From: Syntrophales bacterium
GTDB taxonomy: Bacteria; Desulfobacterota; Syntrophia; Syntrophales; UBA8958
NCBI GenBank assembly: GCA_035448805.1
Contig: DAOTJR010000004.1
Coordinates: 35,848 to 99,847, forward strand
Reading direction: 5' to 3'
DNA: 64,000 nt
Shown: piece by piece, positions 1 to 10,641 of the stretch
Layout of the letters: each line of letters starts with the position of its first letter
Position numbering within the stretch: the stretch's first letter is position 1
Translations under genes and position numbers: made by a program
Notes under the pieces: generated by a model
What the model was told of the DNA's origin: nothing
Databases searched by the model: none
The model's input: only the letters and a program-made list of their open reading frames with translations

Positions 1-672
1 TGGTGCGTCCGCAACGGCATCCGCTTCATCTACGCCAGCTCCGCCGCCACCTACGGCGACGGCGCCCGGGGTTTCTCCGACGACGACACCGTGACGCCCA
101 CCCTCAGGCCCATCAACATGTACGGCTACTCCAAGCAGGTCTTCGACCTCTGGGTCCGGAAACGGGGGCTGGAAAAGTCCGTCACGGGGCTGAAATTCTT
201 CAATGTCTTCGGCCCCAACGAGTACCACAAGGGGGAGATGCGCAGCGTGGTCCACAAGGCCTTCGGCCAGATCCGGGAGGCGGGGCGGGTGGGGCTCTTC
301 AAGTCTTATCGCCCCGATTATCCCGACGGCGGTCAACGGCGGGATTTCGTTTATGTAAAGGACTGCGTGGAGGTCCTGTGGTGGCTCCTCCGGAACGGGG
401 ACGTCAACGGCATCTTCAACGTGGGCACCGGGAAGTCCCGGACCTGGAACGATCTGATGCGGGCCGTTTTCCAGGCCCTGGCGCTGCCGGTGCGGATCGA
501 CTACATCGACATGCCCCCCGGCCTGGAGGAACAGTATCAATATTTTACCGAGGCGAAGATGGACAAGCTGGCGGCCGCCGGTTGTCCCGTGGTCTTCCGC
601 CCCCTGGAGGAGGCCGTCGGGGATTACGTAACCGGCCACCTCCTGCAGAGCGATCCCTATTTATGTCCCTGA
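1..672 (+). CDS. hldD: ADP-L-glycero-D-manno-heptose 6-epimerase, C-terminal ~223 aa (5' end outside the window)
   Basis: Frame 1 is open from base 1 (WCVRNGIRFIYASSAATYGD...MYGYSKQVFD...FNVFGPNEYHKGEMRSVV). It shows the extended-SDR YxxxK motif and an HldD/RfaD-like C-terminus. Stop at 670-672. Confidence 0.85.
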   Translation, partial: WCVRNGIRFIYASSAATYGDGARGFSDDDTVTPTLRPINMYGYSKQVFDLWVRKRGLEKSVTGLKFFNVFGPNEYHKGEMRSVVHKAFGQIREAGRVGLFKSYRPDYPDGGQRRDFVYVKDCVEVLWWLLRNGDVNGIFNVGTGKSRTWNDLMRAVFQALALPVRIDYIDMPPGLEEQYQYFTEAKMDKLAAAGCPVVFRPLEEAVGDYVTGHLLQSDPYLCP

Positions 673-684
673 TTTCCTTTTTCA

Positions 685-713
685 TTGACAGCCGGGCCTT
701 TATTTCCTATAGA
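685..713 (+). promoter_or_regulatory. sigma70-like promoter candidate upstream of kdsB (TTGACA-17-TATAGA)
   Basis: TTGACA at 685-690 and TATAGA at 708-713, with an exact 17-nt spacer. Two 7-bp GC hairpins follow (GGGAAGC/GCTTCCC at 720-739, CGGGAAG/CTTCCCG at 745-772). Confidence 0.35.
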
Positions 714-845
714 AGCGGCGGGAAGCGAAACGGCTTCCCCGGCCCGGGAAGAACCGGGAAACGGACTTCCCGAGGATAAAAAAAATTTCCGGCGGCGGGG
801 CAGACGGAGAAAAGAGCGGCCGCCGGCGTCAAGCGATCCTGCTAA

Positions 846-1616
846 ATGGCATCAGACAACACCACCGGCAACATTATCTGTATCATTCCCTCCCGGTATG
901 AATCTTCGCGGTTTCCCGGCAAGCCCCTGGCGGACCTGTGCGGCAAACCCATGATCCGCCACGTCTATGAGCGGGTCGAAAAGTCGGCCCTCGTTTCCCT
1001 GGCGGCCGTGGCCACGGACGACCGGCGGATCTACGACGCCGTCACGGCCTTCGGCGGCCGGGCCGTTCTCACGGCGGCGGTCCACCCCTCGGGGACGGAC
1101 CGGATCCACGAGGCGGCCACCCTCCTTCGGCTCGCCGATGCGGACATCGTCGTGAACATCCAGGGGGACCAGCCCCTCTTCAACCCCCTCCAGATCGAAG
1201 AGGTGGTGCGACCCCTCCGGGACGACCCGACCATCCCCATGTCCACCCTGATCTACCGGATCGTCCGGGAGGAGGAAATCGGCCACCCCAACGCCGTCAA
1301 GACGGTCTTCGACCGGAACGGGTTTGCCCTCTATTTCTCCCGGGCCACCATCCCCTGTGTCCGGGACGGGGACAAAAGGGCGGACTACTACAAGCACCAC
1401 GGGATCTATGCCTACCGGCGCCATTTTCTCCGGACCTTCGCGGCCCTGCCGGTGGGGAAACTCGAACGTCTGGAGGCCCTGGAGCAGCTCCGGGCCCTGG
1501 AATACGGATACAGGATAAAGGTCGTCGAAACCGTTCACGATTCCGTGGAGGTGGATACGCCGGCGGAGTTGGCGCGGGTCCGCCGGCTGCTCCTGGCGGC
1601 GGGCGGGGCATCGTGA
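846..1616 (+). CDS. kdsB: 3-deoxy-manno-octulosonate cytidylyltransferase (CMP-KDO synthetase)
   Basis: The N-terminus IICIIPSRYESSRFPGKPLADLCGKPMIRHVYERV, plus HPSGTDRIHEA and VNIQGDQP blocks, are typical KdsB motifs. The 256-aa length fits. Confidence 0.9.
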   Translation: MASDNTTGNIICIIPSRYESSRFPGKPLADLCGKPMIRHVYERVEKSALVSLAAVATDDRRIYDAVTAFGGRAVLTAAVHPSGTDRIHEAATLLRLADADIVVNIQGDQPLFNPLQIEEVVRPLRDDPTIPMSTLIYRIVREEEIGHPNAVKTVFDRNGFALYFSRATIPCVRDGDKRADYYKHHGIYAYRRHFLRTFAALPVGKLERLEALEQLRALEYGYRIKVVETVHDSVEVDTPAELARVRRLLLAAGGAS

Positions 1617-1697
1617 GAACCGGCGGCGGCGGCAAACGGCGGCGTCCCGGCCCCGGAAAGGGCCGTTCCCGCCGCACCCCCAAAGAGGTTTCTGGTC

Positions 1698-2618
1698 ATG
1701 GTTGATCTCGAATATCTCAACAATATCAAACTGGTGAAGATTCCCCAGGTGCAGCGGTTCCTTGGTGTCGTCATGCTGGGACCCAATTACAACCTCTTCC
1801 AGAAGGTGGATATCGTCCTGGAGAATCCGGAGCGTATCCCCCCGGGGGAAAATGTCATCTTTGCCATGAATCACACGGACCGCTTCAACTACTGGCCCTT
1901 CCAGTACAAGCTGTGGCGGCTGAAAAAATATCCCTGGACGACCGTCTGGGTAAAGGGGAAGTACTACCGGAACAAGTGGCTCGGCAAGGGGCTCGACCTG
2001 TGCAATCTCATCCCCGTGCCCTCCCTGGGCTATCTCATCGAAGAGTACTACACCCAAAAGTTCGGCGGCCGGATCACCCGGGAGCTTTATCGCCGGGTCC
2101 GGGACGCCGTGGACGGCAAGGAAGACGGGACGGAGGTCCATGCCGCCAACATCGCCGAAACCGCCCGGCTCTTCGGGGACGACTTCATCGAATTCATGCG
2201 GGATTTCTACGAGCGGATCATGGCGAAGGTGGCGGAATTGACCCGTTTCGCCCTCTTCGATCAGGGTCTGAGCCTCATCATCTTCCCCGAGGGGACCCGG
2301 GGCAGCCAACTGGGGGAGGGGAAAACGGGCATCGCCCAGGTGGCCCTCCACACGGGAAAAGTAGTCGTTCCCGTGGGTTGCAACAACTCCGATCAGGTCT
2401 ATCCCGACAGTCTCCCCTTCGCCCGCACCGGCCGCATCGTCTATCGCATCGGCAAACCGATGTCCGTGGCGGACCGCCTCCGGCCTTTCCGGATCGATAC
2501 CCCCTTCAAGCTCCTGTCCCGGGAATCACAGCAGCAGTACAAGGAAAATTTCGCGGGCGCCACCGGGGTCATCATGGAGAGCATCAATGAGTTGCTCGAC
2601 CCCGCCTACCGGCGCTGA
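1698..2618 (+). CDS. Lysophospholipid/PlsC-family acyltransferase (possibly LPS- or lipid-related by context)
   Basis: Acyltransferase blocks are present: FAMNHTDRFNYWP (H-box variant) and LIIFPEGTRG. It follows hldD and kdsB on the same strand. Confidence 0.7.
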   Translation: MVDLEYLNNIKLVKIPQVQRFLGVVMLGPNYNLFQKVDIVLENPERIPPGENVIFAMNHTDRFNYWPFQYKLWRLKKYPWTTVWVKGKYYRNKWLGKGLDLCNLIPVPSLGYLIEEYYTQKFGGRITRELYRRVRDAVDGKEDGTEVHAANIAETARLFGDDFIEFMRDFYERIMAKVAELTRFALFDQGLSLIIFPEGTRGSQLGEGKTGIAQVALHTGKVVVPVGCNNSDQVYPDSLPFARTGRIVYRIGKPMSVADRLRPFRIDTPFKLLSRESQQQYKENFAGATGVIMESINELLDPAYRR

Positions 2619-3465
2619 TCACAACGGTACCACCCGGCAGGGCGACGCCGCCCCGTCACCACGCGGCGACGGCGGCGGCGGGACGGCCGGCCGTGGCCTG
2701 TCTCCCCGGGGAAACGCAATCCCGGTGCCGGGGAACGGCGGGGGCACCGGCCCGCCGTCCGTCCCTGCCCTGTCCCCCCCGGGGCTGCTTCGGGCCGGCG
2801 CCGGGGAGCTGGGCATTGCGCTCACGGACGGGCAACTCCGCCTCTTTGCCCTGTACGAGGAGGAGCTGCGGAAATGGAACCGTTTCGTAAGTCTCGTGGC
2901 GATCAAGGATCCCCGCGACATCACCGTCAAGCATTTCCTCGATTCCCTCGCCCTGCTTTCCTTTCTGCCGCAGAAGGGAGGTCTGCGCCTTCTGGACGTC
3001 GCCACCGGGGGGGGCTTTCCCGGACTGCCGGTAAAGATCGCCCGTCCGGATATCGATCTGTATCTCCTGGAATCGGCCCGGAAAAAGGTATCTTTTCTCC
3101 GGGAGGTCATCCGCCGGCTCGACCTCACCGGGGTCGCCGTCATCCACGAGCGGGTGGAAAAGGCCGTGGCGGCAGGGCTGCTGACGGCATCCTGCGATGT
3201 GGTGGTGTCCCGGGCCTCCTTTCCGACGCCGGCGCTCCTGACTATGGGCAGCCATTTTCTCCGTCCCGAAGGCTCGCTGCTGGTGATGCGGGGTCCCCGG
3301 CAGGAGGAAGCGGCGGCGGCCATCGCGTCCGCCTGCCTCGCGACGGGCTTTCACCGGGAAGAAAAAACGGCCTTTTCCCTGCCCCACGGCGGTGACCGCC
3401 GGATAATCATCCGCTACCGGAAGGCCGGGGGCCCCGCAAAAGTAACGTTCCGGTCCGGTCAATAA
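2587..3465 (+). CDS. rsmG: 16S rRNA (guanine527-N7)-methyltransferase RsmG/GidB; start uncertain
   Basis: Core blocks: LTDGQLRLFALYEEELRKWNRFVSLVAIKDPRDITVKHFLDSL and LLDVATGGGFPGLPVKIARPD. The first ~65 codons of the ORF are a Gly/Pro-rich stretch overlapping the upstream gene. The true start may be internal, for example GTG at 2725. Confidence 0.85.
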   Translation: MSCSTPPTGADHNGTTRQGDAAPSPRGDGGGGTAGRGLSPRGNAIPVPGNGGGTGPPSVPALSPPGLLRAGAGELGIALTDGQLRLFALYEEELRKWNRFVSLVAIKDPRDITVKHFLDSLALLSFLPQKGGLRLLDVATGGGFPGLPVKIARPDIDLYLLESARKKVSFLREVIRRLDLTGVAVIHERVEKAVAAGLLTASCDVVVSRASFPTPALLTMGSHFLRPEGSLLVMRGPRQEEAAAAIASACLATGFHREEKTAFSLPHGGDRRIIIRYRKAGGPAKVTFRSGQ

Positions 3466-3594
3466 TTTTATCAATAATTACGAGATATTAGTTTAAAGAT
3501 TTTTCTAAAAAAGACCTTTTAAAAAAGATCTTTTTGTGGTAGTCTCCACCGCAATAACTCAAGATGTAAGTCCTGGAAAAAACTGAATAAAATC

Positions 3595-4365
3595 ATGCGT
3601 AAAATCATCGGCATCGCCAATCAGAAAGGCGGCGTGGGCAAGACCACCACGGCCATCAATCTGGCCGCTTCTCTGGCGGCGGCGGAAAAACGTACCCTCC
3701 TGGTCGATTGCGATTCCCAGGGAAACGCCTCCACCGGGGTCGGCATGGACCGGGCGGAGATCCGGGAACGTAACATCTACCACGGTCTGGTCGGCCAGTG
3801 TTCCCTGGCGGAGATCATCCGTAAGACGGCACTGCCTTTTCTCGATGTGGCACCGGCGGATCAGAATCTCATCGGGGTGGAAATAGAGTTCGTGTCGATG
3901 GTGAACCGGGAAAAGAGACTGCGTCTTCTCCTTAAAGATTTAAACGAGGATTATCAATATGTTATAATTGATTGCCCTCCTTCTTTGGGCTTTTTGACTA
4001 TCAACGCCCTGGCGGCGGCGGACAGTCTTATCGTCCCCCTGCAATGTGAGTATTTCGCCATGGAAGGTCTCGGCAATCTCCTCAACACCGTCCGCCTGGT
4101 CCGGCAGAGTTTCAATCCGGACCTGACCCTCGGGGGGATTCTGCTGACGATGTTCGATGCCCGGAACCTCCTGTCCCACCGGGTCAGTGAGGATGTTAGG
4201 CAGCATTTCGGCCGCCGGGTTTTCGATACGGTCATCCCCAGGAATGTGCGTCTGTCCGAGTGCCCGAGTCACGGGCTCCCCATTATCCTCTACGACATCA
4301 AGTCCCGCGGCGCCGCAGCCTATATGGAACTGGCCCGGGAGATCCTACAAAACGGGAGGTTGTAA
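3595..4365 (+). CDS. parA: Chromosome partitioning ATPase ParA/Soj
   Basis: Deviant Walker A motif in MRKIIGIANQKGGVGKTTTAINLAASLA, followed by LLVDCDSQGNAS. 256 aa, immediately upstream of parB. Confidence 0.92.
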   Translation: MRKIIGIANQKGGVGKTTTAINLAASLAAAEKRTLLVDCDSQGNASTGVGMDRAEIRERNIYHGLVGQCSLAEIIRKTALPFLDVAPADQNLIGVEIEFVSMVNREKRLRLLLKDLNEDYQYVIIDCPPSLGFLTINALAAADSLIVPLQCEYFAMEGLGNLLNTVRLVRQSFNPDLTLGGILLTMFDARNLLSHRVSEDVRQHFGRRVFDTVIPRNVRLSECPSHGLPIILYDIKSRGAAAYMELAREILQNGRL

Positions 4366-5228
4366 TGTCGGCAAAACCATCCCTCGGTAAGGGCTTGGGG
4401 GCGATGTTCCCCGATCTCCTCACCGACCTGGACAACAGAGCCGCCTTCATCATGTGCGGCATCGAGGAGTTGACCCCAAACCGTTTCCAGCCCCGTAAGA
4501 GCTTTTCCGAAAAGGAGCAGCGAGAGCTGGTCGAATCTATTAAAAAAAGCGGTATCATCCAGCCGATCGTCGCCCGGAAAAAGGAACGGGGATATGAGAT
4601 CATCGTGGGCGAACGACGGTGGCGGGCCGCGCAGCAGGCCGGCCTCAAGGAGGTGCCGGTCATCGTCCGCGGTGCGGAAGATCAGGAAATTGCGGAGCTT
4701 TCTCTAATCGAGAATCTTCAGCGGGAGTCCCTGAACCCGATCGAAGAGGCGGAGGCATACCAGATCCTGACCCGGCAATTCGGTATGCTCCAGGAAGAGA
4801 TTGCCGCCCGGATCGGTAAGGACCGCTCGACCGTGGCCAACACCCTCCGGCTGTTGAAGCTCCCCGGGGAGGTGAAAAAAGCGCTGGCGGCAAAAACGAT
4901 CACCAGCGGCCATGCCCGGGCCCTGCTGTCCCTGGATGAACCGGCGGAACAACTACAGGCGCTGCAGTTGATCACCGCCAGGGAACTCAACGTCCGGGAG
5001 GCGGAACGGCTGGTCGCCCATATCAAGAAGGCGGCCGCGAAAACACCGAAAAAAGGTATGAAAAAGAGTGTTTATATCCTCGATATGGAACGAAGATTGA
5101 CGGAGCGACTTATGGCGGCGGTACGAATCAGGCCGGGCAACCGTGCGGGAACGATCGAGATTCGCTTCTCTTCCGGTGACGATCTGAACCGTCTTTTTAA
5201 ATTGTTGAACGACATCGGTAATTTGTAA
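4365..5228 (+). CDS. parB: Chromosome partitioning protein ParB/Spo0J
   Basis: The ATG at 4365 overlaps the parA stop by 1 nt (TAATG). Blocks: MSAKPSLGKGLGAMF, the ParB box GERRWRAAQQAGL, and the HTH region QEEIAARIGKDRSTVANTLRLLKLP. Confidence 0.9.
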   Translation: MSAKPSLGKGLGAMFPDLLTDLDNRAAFIMCGIEELTPNRFQPRKSFSEKEQRELVESIKKSGIIQPIVARKKERGYEIIVGERRWRAAQQAGLKEVPVIVRGAEDQEIAELSLIENLQRESLNPIEEAEAYQILTRQFGMLQEEIAARIGKDRSTVANTLRLLKLPGEVKKALAAKTITSGHARALLSLDEPAEQLQALQLITARELNVREAERLVAHIKKAAAKTPKKGMKKSVYILDMERRLTERLMAAVRIRPGNRAGTIEIRFSSGDDLNRLFKLLNDIGNL

Positions 5229-5243
5229 TCTTGACGGTTTTCG

Positions 5244-5252
5244 TGTGGATCA
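5244..5252. promoter_or_regulatory. DnaA-box-like 9-mer (TGTGGATCA; 1 mismatch to TGTGGATAA)
   Basis: Seen in the parB-dnaA spacer, about 90 nt upstream of the likely dnaA start. This is the classic position for dnaA autoregulation. Confidence 0.35.
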
Positions 5253-5309
5253 ACTTAAGCAGGGACGGGTCGAAATCGGCAAATTAAATTCAACAAAATC
5301 ATCAACATG

Positions 5310-5318
5310 TGTTGATAA
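5310..5318. promoter_or_regulatory. DnaA-box-like 9-mer (TGTTGATAA; 1 mismatch to TGTGGATAA)
   Basis: Lies about 25 nt upstream of the TTG 5342 start of dnaA. It is the second box-like site in the same spacer. Confidence 0.3.
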
Positions 5319-5341
5319 AGGTGTTTACAAGGGGTTGTGAA

Positions 5342-6703
5342 TTGGACCAAAAATGGAAGGAAATATTTAATATCATTAAAGAAAATGTCGATGAGCATAA
5401 TTTCGATACCTGGATAAAGCCCCTCAAGATTATGTCCATGGACGAGCAGACCGTCCGCTTTTCCGTACCCAACCGCTTCTTTCGCGACTGGCTGGAGGAA
5501 AACCACCTGCGGGTGATCGCCGATTCCTTCCGGGCCGCCACGGGCCGCACTTATCAAATCGATTTCGTCATCACCCAGGAAAAGAAGGCTCCGGAGAAGG
5601 CATCCCCCGCCGCCCTGCCGGACCGGGAAGTCCGCACGGCCAGGAAAAGCAGCGCCGCCAGACAGTCGACGACGCTGAACCCCAAATACTCCTTCGCGCG
5701 CTTCGTCATCGGTGCCTCGAATCAATTCGCCCATGCCGCGGCTATGGCCGTGGCGGAACAGGCCGAACAGACCACCAAAAGCTACAACCCCCTGTTCATC
5801 TATGGGGGGGTAGGGCTGGGAAAGACCCATTTGCTCAATGCCATCGGGCTGAAGGTCCTGGACCTCCACCCGCACATGAACGTCGTTTACGTCTCCGCGG
5901 AATCCTTCATGAATGAATTGATCAACTGCATCCGCTTCGACAAGATGCCCGGCTTCCGGGACAAGTATCGCAACATCGACTGTCTGCTCATGGACGACAT
6001 TCAGTTCATCGCCGGCAAGGAGAGGACGCAGGAGGAATTTTTTCACACCTTCAACACCCTCCACGACGCGGGCAAGCAAATCGTCGTCACCAGCGATAAA
6101 TTCCCCAAGGAAATCCCCAATCTGGAAAGCAGGATCCGCAACCGTTTCGAGTGGGGACTGATCGCCGATATCCAGCCGCCCGACATCGAGACCAAAGTGG
6201 CGATTGTCGAAAAAAAGGCCAATGAAAACAACATCGATCTGCCGGCGAACGTCTCCTACTACATCGCCACAAACGCCGAGTCCAACATCCGGGAGCTGGA
6301 GGGTTTTCTGTTGCGGATCGTCGCCTATTCCTCCCTAAAGCACCGGGAAATCGACATCGACCTGGTCCGGGATGTCCTCAAACACATGATCCGCACCAAC
6401 TCCAGACAGGAGCTGTCCATCGACGACATCATCAAGGTTGTCGGGTCCAAATACGGGGTCAAGGCCGCCGATGTAAAATCTCACAAGAAAAACAAGAATA
6501 TCGTCGCCGCCCGCCAGATGTGCATGTATCTGGCGAGAAAATTCACCAACGCCTCGTTCCCCGACATCGGGGAACGGATCGGCGGACGCGATCACTCGAC
6601 CGTCATCTATGCCTGCAAGAAATTGACCGGCATGATGGAAAACGACAGAAAGCTTAAGAACCTCTGTGAAGAGCTCGAAGAGGCATTGAACAACATCAGT
6701 TAA
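5342..6703 (+). CDS. dnaA: Chromosomal replication initiator DnaA
   Basis: Blocks: FDTWIKPL at the N-terminus, AAA+ Walker A in NPLFIYGGVGLGKTHLL, the Walker B region LLMDDIQF, and the C-terminal DNA-binding block GGRDHSTVIYA. TTG 5342 has an AAGGGG Shine-Dalgarno 7 nt upstream. The ORF track opens at GTG 5309, which is an alternative start. Confidence 0.95.
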   Translation: MDQKWKEIFNIIKENVDEHNFDTWIKPLKIMSMDEQTVRFSVPNRFFRDWLEENHLRVIADSFRAATGRTYQIDFVITQEKKAPEKASPAALPDREVRTARKSSAARQSTTLNPKYSFARFVIGASNQFAHAAAMAVAEQAEQTTKSYNPLFIYGGVGLGKTHLLNAIGLKVLDLHPHMNVVYVSAESFMNELINCIRFDKMPGFRDKYRNIDCLLMDDIQFIAGKERTQEEFFHTFNTLHDAGKQIVVTSDKFPKEIPNLESRIRNRFEWGLIADIQPPDIETKVAIVEKKANENNIDLPANVSYYIATNAESNIRELEGFLLRIVAYSSLKHREIDIDLVRDVLKHMIRTNSRQELSIDDIIKVVGSKYGVKAADVKSHKKNKNIVAARQMCMYLARKFTNASFPDIGERIGGRDHSTVIYACKKLTGMMENDRKLKNLCEELEEALNNIS

Positions 6704-6808
6704 CCGGGACGCCAAGAGGTTATAAACAGCGCCTCAGCGAAGATAACGGATGTAGATCGGTAAGTTGTGGGTTATAAACCGTAGTGAACAGCCCTTACTA
6801 CTGGTTCT

Positions 6809-6845
6809 GTATTTTTTATTTAAATAAAAAAAATAAAAAAGAGGA
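6809..6845. other. AT-rich tract in the dnaA-dnaN spacer (candidate DNA-unwinding element / oriC component)
   Basis: The ~37-nt run TGTATTTTTTATTTAAATAAAAAAAATAAAAAAGAGG is almost pure A/T in an otherwise GC-rich genome. It is flanked upstream by two GGTTATAAAC repeats (6717-6726, 6767-6776). Confidence 0.35.
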
Positions 6846-6857
6846 AAGGAGTAAAGA

Positions 6858-7973
6858 ATGGAATTTCACATCGACAGGAATACCTTCCTGGAGGGAATTC
6901 AAAAGACCCTGGGGATCGTGGAACGTAAAACGACCATTCCTATTCTGAACAATATTCTCCTGCGTACCGAAGACAATCAGATCAAGATTGTCGCCACGGA
7001 CCGGGAGATCAGCCTGATCTCCCGATATGACGCCCGGATCGCCGTCCCGGGAGACATCACCCTTTCGGTGAAAAAACTTCATGAAATGATTCGGGAAACT
7101 CAGGGAGAAACGATCTATTTTTCGAAGAACGATCAGCATCAGGTGACCATGACCTGCAACAAGGCGATTTACCGCATCCCGGGGATGCCGGCGGATGAGT
7201 ATCCCCAGGTGGTGGAGGTGGAGGACATCCCTCTGTATCGGGTGTCCGGAGCGGTGTTGACGGACCTGATCCGCAAGACCTCCTTTGCCGTTTCCACCGA
7301 CGAGATCCGGATGAACCTGAACGGCATTTTTATGGAGACCGTCGGCCTCGGAGACAGTTCCCGCCTGCAGATGGTGGCGACCGACGGGCACCGCCTGGCC
7401 ATGGCGCGGGGACCGGCCGGTTCCGCCGGCGGACTGGAATTGGAAAAAGGGGTCATCATTCCCCGCAAGGGACTGTGGGAAGTGAGGAAAATAGCGGAAA
7501 ACGAAGCGGAGGTGGCGATCGGTTTCGATCATGGCATGTTCATCATGAAGACGAAGAACATCACCGTCAAAGTCAGTATGATCGATGCGGAATATCCGGA
7601 CTACCGGCGGGTGATCCCGGTGGAAAAGGGGACGGCGCTGCAATTCGGACGGGACAAGGTCCTCCATGCCCTGCGGCGGATGAGCGTTATCTCCAGCGAC
7701 CGTTACAGTGGCGTGATCATTACCCTCGGCAACAAGCTGATGGTCCTGAATTCCAACAACCCCGACGTCGGGGAAGCCAATGAAGAAATCGATGTCGATT
7801 ACGCGGGGGAAGAAATGGTCGTCAGTTACAACGTCAATTATCTGATCGACGCCATCGCGGCGGTGGATGAGGAAGAGGTGTCCTTCGAGATCAACCTCGG
7901 GATGAAACCGGGGGTGGTCCGGGGAATGGGTAATGAGGATTATCTGTGCATCGTCATGCCCTTGAAGTTATAA
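6858..7973 (+). CDS. dnaN: DNA polymerase III beta sliding clamp
   Basis: 371 aa. Blocks: MEFHIDRNTFLEGIQKTLGIVERKTTIPILNNILL and ATDGHRLA. It sits in the canonical position after dnaA. Confidence 0.95.
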   Translation: MEFHIDRNTFLEGIQKTLGIVERKTTIPILNNILLRTEDNQIKIVATDREISLISRYDARIAVPGDITLSVKKLHEMIRETQGETIYFSKNDQHQVTMTCNKAIYRIPGMPADEYPQVVEVEDIPLYRVSGAVLTDLIRKTSFAVSTDEIRMNLNGIFMETVGLGDSSRLQMVATDGHRLAMARGPAGSAGGLELEKGVIIPRKGLWEVRKIAENEAEVAIGFDHGMFIMKTKNITVKVSMIDAEYPDYRRVIPVEKGTALQFGRDKVLHALRRMSVISSDRYSGVIITLGNKLMVLNSNNPDVGEANEEIDVDYAGEEMVVSYNVNYLIDAIAAVDEEEVSFEINLGMKPGVVRGMGNEDYLCIVMPLKL

Positions 7974-10430
<2,457 letters not shown>

Positions 10431-10501
10431 AACGGGGACTAAATGGGGACGGTTGCCTTTTTCTCCGGTTGGCGCGGTTGCAAAAGAAACACAACCATCC
10501 T

Positions 10502-10583
10502 CGCGGAGAGCACCCGCCCGGTGTTCTCTCCGCGGGGGCATGACTTGCCGCGAAAATACCACTTTCATGCTTCGCGGTGCTCT
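10502..10583 (+). other. Structured segment of the gyrB-gyrA spacer (alternative helices)
   Basis: Hairpin CGCGGAGAGCACC / GGTGTTCTCTCCGCG at 10502-10534. Second hairpin GCCGCGAA / TTCGCGGT at 10547-10578. GGTGCTCT (10576-10583) is perfectly complementary to AGAGCACC (10507-10514), which gives a mutually exclusive pairing. Confidence 0.4.
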
Positions 10584-10641
10584 ACGGGTCATGATGGTTT
10601 TTGATCAGGGAATCAACATTTAACAGGAGCTGCAAAAAAAC

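Noticed and set aside
3466-5341. Canonical parS site (TGTTNCACGTGAAACA) near parAB
   Set aside because: I found no match or near-match by eye in the parAB region or elsewhere in the window. The sites may lie outside the window or be divergent.
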